A stretch of 64,000 bases of DNA, from contig OZ037766.1 of assembly GCA_964035545.1 (NCBI GenBank), forward strand, positions 31,424,773-31,488,772, read 5' to 3'. The position numbers and the translations under genes are program-made. The notes under the pieces were generated by a model. That model saw nothing but the letters and a program-made list of their open reading frames with translations. It searched no databases and had not been told where the DNA came from. The DNA comes from Bugula neritina (Eukaryota > Animalia > Bryozoa). Below, in pieces: positions 1-17,354 of this stretch (position 1 is its first letter; every line of letters begins with the position of its first letter).

Positions 1-3000
1 TAGTAATTTAAATTAAAATTAACAATAATTGATTTTAAATTTTTTTTAGTTATATAATAATGATAATCATTATGGTTATAGGTTTAGAATAAAAAATAAT
101 TTATTAAACTACAATGTTAATTGTGTTAGCACAGTTTTATGATAATTGTTTTTAAAATGATGATCACATTGAGAATTGATTATGCAATAAACTAAAGTTA
201 TCAATTATTGAGATTGTTTTACTGATAATTGAAAATAAGTTAGAATCGCTTATATAGTGGCGTCTAGTTTATATTTTATATAGTGTAGTGTATAAATTTG
301 AAATGTAAAGTGAAGGGTTTAAACTGTTATTATAGCCCCTCGTGCATCAGCAACATAAAGCAGCTTTTCTTGAGATCAAAATATCGGTTTCTTTTGTTTC
401 ATTTTATACAAATATAAAAGCTCAGCTGGTCTCCCAGGCAGTAGTACAGAAATTTCTCAACAATCCAAGTTCTTAGCTATGCATTTTTGTTGGGAACATC
501 TTAAGACTCCAGCTGCTTTTTTCAGTCAATCATTTTGAGGTTTTTTGAATTTCTTTAATTCTGCAGAAGTTTCTGCAGGTTGAATTTTTCATTAGATAAT
601 TTTTCTTTGATGGCAAGTTTGCGTTTTTAGCCTAATGATGCTATTTATGATTTGTTTTAAGGTTCCTGTTGATAATGTGCTGGTAACTTTTATTAAATTC
701 TTCTGTTATACTCTACTAAAAACATAGTGTGGTTAAGGCTACCACCCTTCCTAACAGATGTTGTGACTTGGTTGCACGAAGGCTAGAAGACTAGCTGCTA
801 GCAGAAGCTGCCCAGACTGTTGCTACAAGAAGGTGCCATCTGTAGTTTGTTGTGATCTATCAACTCTAGTATTCACAGTGCAGGTCATGAAAGTAATAGT
901 GATTACATTGCTCTCTAATCTCTTCCAGCTGTATTATCACCAGTTCTTCTGCCTGGTTACGTGCAGTTTTTAAGAGAATATGAATAATTAACTTGAAGCA
1001 GTTTCTCACTTTGATCTCTGATAATCCAGAGTGCACTGGAGGCGACCATAGATTGATCGGTGTGAGGGAAATTATCAATTAATCATTATTTAAAAATTTG
1101 TGTTTCATGGTGGATATTAAATGATATATTAATAAATATGATATATGGATAAAAATAAGAACTTTAGTAGTGATTTGCTCATTTTAAAGGTTTCAGTCAT
1201 GACTATTTGATGGAGCGCCTCCCAGCTGCACACGTGTATTGAAAATAGAGATATCAGTTTCTTCTTTTCTATAAGTCGAGTTGTGTGCAGCGGAACATGG
1301 TTCTAGTTCAATATTTTGCTCTGTTCCAAGTCCAAGTGACTTTTAGATATGCAATACTTGGCTGCTTCACCCTTCTGAGTACACTATTTTTCTTAAGTTA
1401 TACGTTATTTCATATTAAATAAATGCGTTTCACAAATAATATTTTAAAAACAAATTAGTGTAATTGTTGCGTTATTCGTGCTAATAATGATAGCCCTAGT
1501 GTTACGTTCACTAGCAGATAGCTTGGTACTAGCAAGAAGCAACTGAAATATTTATGTTTAGCTGTTTGTTTTGTTAGATATTTGAAATGGAACAAATGCT
1601 AAATCACAAGTTAGATACTCAAGCTAACCTAGAATAGCTTAGTCAGTCCCCAGGTTATTTACAATAGTCACTTAGGCCTTGTGTCAGTTTCTAGTTTTCC
1701 TATCCAACTCATTTTACACTAAACTAAAGACTCGATGTTAGAACTCCTAATTGCATTAGTTCATATGTAACATGATTATTTGTCAGATACGTTTAGCTTT
1801 TAACAGCTTTTAACCCTCAGGCTAAACACATCCCTCTGTGTACTCTATAAACGCACAGACTATTAGTCGACTTGCGTGTTTGGACACAAGTTATCAATTC
1901 AAAAGGCTTTTGTTCAAAATGATATTTCTAAATCAATCAATGCCTTTCCTTAGTCGGTAGCTCTTCACTTCATTAGTAGATGCCTTTGTTTGCTCTCTTG
2001 TTTCAAAGGGTTGAATCAGCAATATCCATGACTCACATTATTACAGCATTAAACCATTCAAGTATACTTTACCATCCTCACCCTATGCATACAGTCAATT
2101 CCTGAAATTTGGCCTTGTGCTAAAAGTATACTACAGAAATTTCATTTTTAGAAAACTTGTATCAAAGTATTGATTACTTACCCATATTTTCAATTGACAA
2201 AATATAAGGGTAGTTTAAAGCAGTGTAATGAAAACCTCTGTGTTAACTTCTGTCAGCTTCAACTGCACTAATTTGATCACTGTGCAAAGCTTTGCTGTAC
2301 TCTGCTAGTATAATCTAATTGCATTATAAATGCATGGGATTGAATGTTGGTTATCCTTTGGTAGCACAAGGATTTGGTAAGTTTCCAGATTTTGACACCA
2401 AATGCATAAAAACTCTTTGCTGGACATTATATTACTCAATATCATGATAGGAATTACTGTAGCCTCATTATTAGACTTACACGGAGTTAGCTTGGTCAAT
2501 GTAGTTTACACAATATGGCTGGAGTGTGGGCCGTCAACCTTTTGACTCAAGGGTTTGGGGTTTTTATAATACTCTGGCTCTGTTGTAATAGGGCCTTGGC
2601 TGGTCCTAAAGGAGCCACTCTTCAGAACAATTGGTCTATTTGTTTAATGTCGGGTGCACCTAATTACCCCAGTGTTTATATCGCATATCTTAGTTTAACT
2701 TAGACTACAGCTACTAACATTCTGTAATTAACTCTTGAAGTAGCAGCTCTGTAATGTAAACTGCATTTCATAAACAAGCTACAAATAGCCTTGCACACTC
2801 TCATTACTGATTCATCATTTTGTCTGAAATTATGCCAAAAGTTGCTTTTTTTAATTCAGGTGTGACACCTGTTTAGTTAGTAGAGTTGAGGTAGTAGTGT
2901 ATATCTGGGAGTAGGCCTGTGTTATCTCTACAGTGTAGCATTTCTTTAACACATGCCGTATTTTAGCCTTGTTTTCAGTGAACTAGTGATGTGAGGATTC

Positions 3001-3641
3001 TAATGTTAAAACTATTTGAAATGATGATATATTATTCCACATACAGCAGTTTGATTGGTATTTGTAGTTTGAAGCTTCAGGAAACGACTGAATAACCTTG
3101 AATTTGTGTAATTTATTCACTGCTTGACTTTCATTTCCTTCAATTTCAGTCCTTCGAGAGATGGTTTGCCTTTTAGCTAATTTGTTACAACAAAGATATC
3201 CGTTTTCTACTTGTTGCTGAGAAATTTCTCAGCTTGATTTGGTTATATCTTTGTAGGAGCTGAGACAGATGCTATCTCGTAGGGCCATCAACTTCTATGG
3301 GTTAATTCACTTTAGTTTATAAGCAGGAGCTGTTGAGATATAATATTTAATTTAGTTATTAATTTTCACGTTTTTTGCCTGTTTTATTGCAATTAATTAA
3401 ACTGTCTGATTGGGTTATGTATTGCAAGTAGCACCTGGGTGGGTGAATGTTGAGTAGAGCTGGGTGCTGCTGGTGCGTGTGCTGTATTCCACATCTGTTA
3501 CCAGTCTAGCTTGTCAATCAAATTATCTGTCTAACTTATTATCAATCATCATTATTCGCAGTACAAAATAATCAAAGTTGTAGAAATCATATTTTTAATT
3601 ACACAATGCTTCTCTATCCATCACAAGCCCATCAGTTGCTG

Positions 3642-3857
3642 CAGTAACTCTTCCAATATACTCACTTTCTACAGTAACTCTTCCAATTTACTCACTTTCT
3701 ACAGTAACTCTTCCAATTTACTCACTTTCTACAGTAACTCTTCCAATATACTCACTTTCTACAGTAACTTTTCCAATATACTCACTTTCTACAGTAACTC
3801 TTCCAATTTACTCACTTTCTACAGTAACTCTTCCAATTTACTCACTTTCTACAGTAA
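3642..3857 (+). repeat. 30-nt minisatellite, about 7 copies (CAGTAACTCTTCCAATWTACTCACTTTCTA)
   Basis: Tandem array read directly from the sequence. Confidence 0.95.
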
Positions 3858-5151
3858 ATGACGACCAGTGAACAGTTGTAGCTAATACTTATTCAGACCG
3901 TCTGTCTATATTTCCTGCATATTAGCTAATTGCAAGCAATTCTTACTTTTAAAAACCCACCTAATAGCTGATTATTGTGATGTAATAATTATTCCAGTTC
4001 AGGTAATCTAGATTCCAAGTCATAGAACAGACAGCATGCTAGTAAAGTTTGATAACTTGCTATGATTCAATAGCAATAAACTGCTCGAGTAACCATCTTA
4101 TAATAATATCATCTAAAACTCATGTTGGCTGAAAGCTTTTTGTAAAATGCTGTTTTTATATCATTTATTATCCAGACTTTGTTTTAATGTAATTCACAGT
4201 CATACAGCTTTAAAGGCATTTGTTTTGAGAAGTTTGTTCCTGGGACCCTTATCTGGTCAGAACCTGTGTAGATTATTTACTAGCACCAGAATGCATGAAA
4301 AACATGCGAGGAATGAATATAAATTAGGATGTTGGCATTCTAAGCTGATCTTACTGATAAGGCGTACATTTTATCACTTAGTTTCCCTGCTTTGACAGGT
4401 AAACTGAGTTGGTATAACATCTCCCCTCTGCACGCAGGTACTGTGGGACTTGCACCTAAACCCAGTTAGAGAAGTAATAAATATAATGAGGCCCATAATT
4501 ACACCTTTCCTGGTGATTTACTTGTTGTAACATTATGATATCTCAGCTTGTCTCTGCATACGTGGGGGAGACTTAAGCTGCTGAGTGTACTGCACCCTTT
4601 GCTATTAAACTATACACAATAGTTAATAGAAGCCTGATAGACTCTCTGTCTCCTTCTTTATTGCTTTGCTTACTAGTGTTTGTCCATACAATCTCTTAAC
4701 TCCTTTATTTCTTACATTCTCAGATCAACTGTTGCTTCTAATATCAAACTGCTATCTTATTTAACATTATCATATTTTACACACTCTCTCTTGCTCCTGG
4801 CTTCCATTTTCAACTGTTGATAGGGTTGATACTGGAGATGGGTGTGCTGTGAACGTAATAGTTGATTATATTATAGTAGTCACGTGATCCTTAACAGGTC
4901 ACTGGGCTAGCAGATTGTAGGTAGTTTTGAATTGTCAACATTTATTTTGGCTATTAGTTATAAATATTTACTGAGTGAACTTGTTACTCCTTCAAGTGCT
5001 CTGATTAGCTGGAGAGGCACTCAAGAGCTGAGCTAGTTTGTTTTTCCTCAACTGTTGAAGCACGTCAATAGTGCAGCATAACCTTGTATATAGATGGTTG
5101 GATACTTGTATATAGATGGTTGGATACTTCTGGTTGTAGTTGCAAGACTGA

Positions 5152-10377
<5,226 letters not shown>

Positions 10378-11387
10378 TGGAGTTGTTCTTACCTGTTCTA
10401 CATTACTCTCGCAATGTGGTTTGTTTTTACCTCTTCTGTATCCATCAGTTGTATATAGAATATTGTTGAATATTGTCCCAACCTTGTTTCAGCTGTGTTC
10501 GTGTCATACGATGTGGTATGGTAATAGTTTGAATCGATACATTTAACATAGCGACAGGGGGGGGATGGGGGGGAGACAATCCTAAGGCACGAGTAGCAGA
10601 TCTTGCTCCAATTTCTCAGAGATCCTGATCTTTGAGAAACTGGTTAACAGGGCTAGAGCCCGACTAGTGGTGGTATATCCGCATATTTGTATTACCCTTG
10701 ACTCGGCAACTACCAACTTGTACATGTATGCTGTGTTATTCGGGCTAGAAGTGAAAGTAGACAGTGTTACAGTTTTAATGGGGTACTTATTTCCTACAGG
10801 TCAGCTTTATTGTAAGCTACTGGAGCCAGTTAGCTCGAGTCTTCAACACTATATGGCAGGATTAGAAGTCAGTGACCTTCACTTTTATATACCAAGAAAT
10901 GAGCAATTATTATATTATGACTATTTTGCTACAGTTACAGTTGATCTCAGCACACTGTTACATTATTCACTGGATATCATAGTATAGTATATTCTATGTC
11001 ATACACAATATTATATATACACATATATTATATTACACTCTTTATACTCTTTCTCTCAATATTATCATGACAAAAATTACGCCAAATTTTTTACAGCCAC
11101 TCACTGACGGGCAGTTTCTATTTTGTATCTTACACTTGCATGTTTTACACTGCGTGTGAACCTTGATGTTATAACCCACACAAACACACAGTACACTCTT
11201 CTTTACGTATTTTACCTGCTGTATTCTTAAATTTACTATACATTTTGCATGAATATTGTTTAATAACTGTAGTTTTACCCTCCTACTGTCAAGAATTTTT
11301 GTAGGATATTTTATACAAGTTAGTTTTGAGCCAAATAAATTAACATAGCACATACCACTCTGACTTTCAAACTTATAATCTAATTAA

Positions 11388-12200
11388 GCCCTGGCCACAC
11401 GATCGTGAGAATCACACGAAATCGTCTATTTGACACGAAAAAACATTCGTACGAGAAAATTTGAGAGAAATCAAACGAAATCGTCATCGTTGGGTGTGCA
11501 CAACGATGACGATAGACGAAAAATCACAATCCACGATAAGTACCATTTGATTAGTCAATAGAATTTTAGCAACAGTGATTATTTCATTTCTACTAAGTTT
11601 CTCTATTTGGCAATGTTCTGCTGCTTGTATCTCGTGCAAGACTCATTCACGGACTAATAAAAATGACTTGTTGCCATCAAAGTGGTATATATTAAGGGTA
11701 TATATATATATATATATATATATATTATGCACGCCAAATAATTACTACAAATTTTAAAAATAGCATAAATTAAGTAGTATTACTATGCCTATTTGCATCC
11801 AATTTACTAGTCTTACATTTATAGCAACTGTAAAGTATTTTGCGTAAAATAGCTATTGCAAGCATTATTCAATTCATATTCACATGGTAATCACAGCGAA
11901 GCTTAAACTTTATAGCTTTGTATTTATGTGCATGAGTGTGTTTTAAATTTTTTTTAATTTTATATGCATAAAAATGTTTTTAAAAACTTTACCAATAAAC
12001 AAAACTAAAAAAATGTACACATAAAATACCAAAAAAATAACTAAAATGGCAAAATTTTTCCTTTATAACTTATATAAACTTGCGATACCAATCGCGGCAT
12101 AATGACTTTAAACGATTATGTGGCTGGTCAATACGAAAAGATAACTCACAAAAATCGTCACACGAGTTTCGTGTCATTCTCACGATCGTGAGGCCAGGCC
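11388..12200. mobile_element. Non-autonomous DNA transposon (MITE) with about 34-bp TIRs and TTAA flanks
   Basis: The left end GCCCTGGCCACACGATCGTGAGAATCACACGAAA matches the reverse complement of the right end GGCCTGGCCTCACGATCGTGAGAATGACACGAAA. TTAA lies at 11384-11387 and 12201-12204, and the interior is AT-rich and non-coding. Confidence 0.85.
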
Positions 12201-12798
12201 TTAACTCAATGGTTACATCAAATCTAGATTAAGTTTTGTATCAAGTTTATTAATAGAATGAATACCAATATAGCACCATTATCAAAGGTGATACTCGGCA
12301 ACAAACAATACCTTCTATTAGAAATTGTAGCATGATTGTTGCGGGTCTAATTGCTATAGATGCAAAATGTTCTTACAGAGAAAAAACAACTCCATTGCAT
12401 ACCATATAATAAGTAATAATTTGCAGCATAAAGTTGTGAGCCTAACTAAAACGAGTAAATATAGCAATAATGAGAATAATTCTAGACGAAGTTACAGGCA
12501 TCTTAGTAACCTCAACAGCATATTATAAATAGTCACATCAAATACTAGACAACCATATAAATTCCAGCGGTTGATGACTCCATGGAACCCAATACGAGAA
12601 ATTCTACAATGTATAAAATATCCACATGAAGTGTTGAATAAAAATAAAACACAATTCTGCCTGAATATGATTTAAAACTTGCAAACAGATGAAAATTTTA
12701 AATTTTAGTTTCATAACTAAGTATTCATCTTGACCCTAAAAACCGAAATTTGGCAATCGTCTCACCTATGTTGATAAACTAGTAGGGAAGCAACTCTA

Positions 12799-14281
12799 CT
12801 AGGGAACTCCAAATGGGACTACAAGGTCTTCTTTGTGATGAATAACAACCTTACTCATACAGTGGGGAGTCTTTTGAGCAGCCTGTACCACCTGTTAATA
12901 TAATACGAGAACACAGTCTACATAGGGATGACAACTCCTTTTTGTGAGTGTACTGCTGATATACACACACATAGAAACTCAACATAATGGAAAGGGAGGA
13001 TAATTTCCTTTTCCCTCAACTAGGAAGCAGATAAACAACCTTTTCTAGACATTTAGAAGGTTGGTTTTGACAGATAGAGCATACTGTATATTTGCATAAT
13101 TTCAGCAAAGATCAATACAATTATTAATCCAATAATGAATAAATACCGCATTTCTATTGATAAAGTACTGTCATTGTCAAATGCTACACATTAAAATCAA
13201 CTAACTCAAATGTTCAGAATACAAGACCAGCTAAACTTGTGCTCACATGTTATAGAATGTTAAGAAAAAATAAACACAGTTAATAAGAGACAGTAAAACA
13301 TAATATGTTTTAGCAGCAGCAGCAGCAGTAGTAGTAAACTCACCAGATCAATGTCGGATGGAGTGAGGGCGGGTTGTGATAGTACAGTCACTGGATTTAA
13401 CCTTCCTGATCCAAGTTTGCTGCTAGAACTCACTCTAACATTGCCAATCCTGGACCTGCAAAGTTCCCACAACTCCCAAAAATAATGAAGAACAACAGTT
13501 CCATACTCAGTTATATTAAGGAAAAATAACCAAGACTTTGTAGCAACTCGTGACCCGACTTTGGAGTCTGGCAACAATTCATTTCCAGCCAATCAAAACT
13601 CTTTTTTAAACACAACTAGTAATCATGAAACTTCACATCATTCAACAAGCATATATTCCGAGTATTGCTGGTTGGGGAGACAACTAACGATTCAGCAGAT
13701 AAAATTAGAAGCAGTTCTCATAGGCTACTTACGCATACTGTTTACTTCTGTGTTGAACTTCAGTTTCTTCTGTTATGTCACCAGACAGAGTTTGAGCACT
13801 AATATCTATGAGGTTGCTAAAACGTAATATAATATATAGTATGTATTTACTTAGTAGTCTGCTGTAGTATACTATAATATATAGTATATATTTACTTAGT
13901 AGTCTGCTGTAGTATAATATAATATATAGTATATAGTATATATTTACTTAGTAGTCTGCTGTAGTATACAATAATATATAGTATATATTTACTTAGTAGT
14001 CTGCTGTAGTATACGGTTGAGTGCTGACTGTTCATCAGATTTCTGCTGACCTCTACCGGCAGCACCCTGATAAGACGAATGGCCGTCATCCAATCCACCA
14101 CCGACTCCCATCAGTGGATCTCTCTCACCTGCATGCTTTGAAATAATATTGAATTTAGTCTCAAGTTCAACATACTCTAACACTAACTTCACACATAAAT
14201 GTACATTAAATAGCAGTGGTTTCTGGTAGTAATACATACATCACCATATTCATCGTCTGCAGTACTTTCACAGCAACCCAT
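12799..14281 (-). CDS. LAMTOR1: Ragulator scaffold LAMTOR1 (p18), 5 coding exons: 14281-14240, 14135-13993, 13816-13733, 13455-13344, 12891-12799 (157 aa)
   Basis: Translation: MGCCESTADDEYGD (myristoylation/palmitoylation motif MGCC) ... ERDPLM ... DEQSALNRILQQTTNNLIDISA ... HRSKQYA ... KEDLVVPFGVP*. This matches the LAMTOR1 motifs DEQALLSSIL/NIIDVSA/KEELVVQFGIP. GT-AG junctions are in phase. Confidence 0.93.
13826..14013 (-). repeat. 4 copies of the LAMTOR1 exon-2 end plus donor (TATACTACAGCAGACTACTAA|GTAAAT...)
   Basis: The unit is about 45 nt and spans the exon/intron junction at 13993/13992. Confidence 0.92.
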
Positions 14282-16125
14282 TGATCATTCAGTTGTTCAG
14301 TCTGCCTAAGAGAACTCACTGGTTATATTGATATCTGAAAACAAACGCTGTACTTGAGAGCTCGGAGTTTATTATTATGATGATTAAAATAGAATGAAAA
14401 CCAATACTAACAGATAAATACAGGCACTTGAATGTTTATAAATACAAAATGTTGGAAATTAGAACTTCAATTTATGATTAAAATCACAGAGCAAGAACAT
14501 TTATGAAAGTTCAAAAGTGACTTGACATTTTAAATAAAAGCGATAACATTGTCGCTAATGGTAGGCCTTCTAATTACATTACTCATACTCTTTCACTGTG
14601 ACACCAGCTAGTTGTAAGATAATGAAACTCAGCAAGTTATAACGAGCTGTTACCAAAATTCTATTAGACAAAAAATAGAGTAAATGTAAAACCGGTATAA
14701 TATTTGTATTTCAATAAGCACTAGTATCAGAAACCAGGAAGGTGAGTATAAATCTAAAGTAGACAATAATGTTGGAACACAAATTAATAATATTTCAGTT
14801 ACACTCACACTGTGACTCTAGCTGTAAACATCAGCGGTACATTTGATTTTATAGTTTAATGTTAAAACTTGTCATTTTAACACACTGAATTACTCTGTGA
14901 AACTCTAATAACTAATAACTCTAACAGTTTAACTTCAAGTTTAAATAAAGTTAAAATAAAAAGTGATATGAATTTAAACTTATATTTACAAAGGTTTCTA
15001 TTTGAATCAAATATTATATACTTATACTCTCTAAAGATGCCAATATTTAATTCAAAGAGTATCAAATACAAATAATAAAATATCACTAGTGTTACTATCA
15101 TTATCATAATAATTTTATTACAATGACCGATTGTCGCCCAACCCCATTGTGAGTGACATTGTGATTATTATCATTAAACTGGTCACCACCATCATCATCG
15201 TGTATCATTGGACTGATTGGAGAATGTTAATATTATTGCTTCGTAATAATTATTTAATTAATTTAAGATTAAGTTTAACAATAACAGGTAAACTTGATCA
15301 AACCTAATTGTTTATGCTGTGGTAATCATGATTATTGACACTATGATAATGATTATCATTGATCACTTTATGATAATTGTCATTATGACAAAATTACACT
15401 TGAAGTGATGATTACGTTATGATTAATTGAAAGTATTATTGATACTAACACTAACAGTAACAGCAACAAAAGTCCAAGAGCAATACTAATAGTAATACTA
15501 ATACTACTAGTACTAAGTCTAACAGTTACAGTTACTTAGTGACCAACACTAAACAGTATGAGTGTGAGATTGAGTCAAACAGTAACAGCAACACTAAAAA
15601 GTAACAGTAATACTAATACTAACACTAGTGTCAAACAGTAACTTAGTGACTAATGCAAACACTGAACAGTGTGAGATTGAGTTAAGTGCAACACTTATTC
15701 ATTAACACTATCTTGTCTTGTCTTGATTTAGTTCCAAGACCCCAAATAGGGAAAAGGTGGAACTATCGGATGTTCAGGTCTTTTTTTATTAGTCTGCTAG
15801 TGTTTCTCCCGTGCGTAGTTCACGGGCTGTTCTAATGAGGAAGCTATGCAGGAACTTATTAGTATTACAGGATATTGAATTAAAAGAGTTACTGACAGTA
15901 ATACTAACACTAACAGTAACACTAAATATTATTTATATTATATTCATTTTCATTTTCAGTAAAATACTAAAACTAAAAGAAAAAGTGAATATAATAATAA
16001 TGGCTTTAATTTTGATAATACAAAAGATAGCATCATTTTACAAAAAAATAACTTGTTTTATTGTAAAATGATGCTATCTTTTGTATTATCAAAATTAATA
16101 ATTAAAGCCATTATATAAATATTCA

Positions 16126-16362
16126 CTTTGTCTTTAAAATTGGAACACTATGATACTCATACTGATACTGATACTGACTATCAGTATCACTATGAGACAA
16201 TGAGTATCCCTAATGGCATTGCCATTAATATTATTACAAACACCGAAAGTCTCAACAAATATTGTCTGCAAATATATACCTATTTGCAGACAATATTTGT
16301 TGGGACTTTCGGTGATTGTAATAATGGCAATGCCAATAGTGTTCCAATTTTAAAGACCAAAG
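16126..16362. repeat. Long nested inverted repeat (foldback) in the LAMTOR1/PDS5 divergent intergenic region
   Basis: The outer arms are TCTTTAAAATTGGAACACTAT/ATAGTGTTCCAATTTTAAAGA. Inner arms of about 55-60 bp surround the loop TATACC (16275-16280), and an extra hairpin (16152-16208) is inserted in the left arm. Confidence 0.9.
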
Positions 16363-16404
16363 CTATGCGAAACAAACCAGATCAGTATTTTCATGAAAGA
16401 AGTT

Positions 16405-16560
16405 TTGATCATGTGACGCTTCGCTTGATATGTCTATTGGCGATAGGCATAAGGTTTTACTGCAGAGTCGCGCAGCAAACATTCTATTTCATTTGAAGTT
16501 ATCGCCACTTCAAACCACGTGATCATTTTCACCGCCATTTTAGCCAGCCGTAGAGGTAAG
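16405..16560 (+). promoter_or_regulatory. Probable PDS5 promoter and non-coding first exon
   Basis: This is a local CpG-containing patch with TCATGTGAC, CACGTG (16516-16521), the YY1-like CGCCATTTT (16533-16541) and a strong donor AG|GTAAG at 16555/16556. Confidence 0.55.
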
Positions 16561-17354
16561 AAAATTCCCAAGGCAGCTTTGCCCATAATTTAACATTTTC
16601 TAATGTTTTTATGAGTATTTCATGTTGTTTTTAGGTTTATAAGCATTCTCTGTGGTTATTTGTGTCTGATTGTTGTAATGTTAAGACCTGAATACTTGTA
16701 AAAGTTACTTAAAACTAAATTTTTCGTTGCTGTCAGACAGGAGTTGTCTTGCCATACTTTTCACTCTTTCGTGTAAATTCAGTTTGTTCATGCAACTTTC
16801 ATTGTTAAGTTCACTATTGCAGTTGGTTTCAATTACGAAACAAAACTTTTGCTGCGTCTTATATAGTTTTTAGTGTTACTTATGCTTCTATTTGCTATAT
16901 TACTAAGCCTAAGCGTGGTAATAGTAATGGGGAGACAACTTGAACAACACTCGCAATGATGATTATAATAATCATAATGATTATGATATTAAAAATATAA
17001 TAATTGTCAATGGTTGATCAACAGCAATATAGTTTATTTCAGTTTGCATTCCGAAGACATCATTATCATGATAGTTGCTAGTGTTTGGAAACTAAATATT
17101 TTTGAATTTTGCCTAATCTTAAAATGAAAATTAAAGCTTCCAATTTTAATAAATGATACTAACAGAGGATAGATTCATAGAAATAATAGATATTCATGTT
17201 GACTTTTTAAATATAATATTAATAAATTTTAAGTTTGTCAGTTACATAAAATATACATGAGGTTGAACCATGGGCATATTGCTCAACATTCTTATAGTTT
17301 AAGTTATACTTATTATTATACTTTCAGCAATTCTAATGTTGAACCATAGTAAAA

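Noticed and set aside
16405-16525. M-box/CLEAR-like motifs as TFEB control of LAMTOR1
   Set aside because: These short motifs occur by chance, and the LAMTOR1 TSS could not be located.
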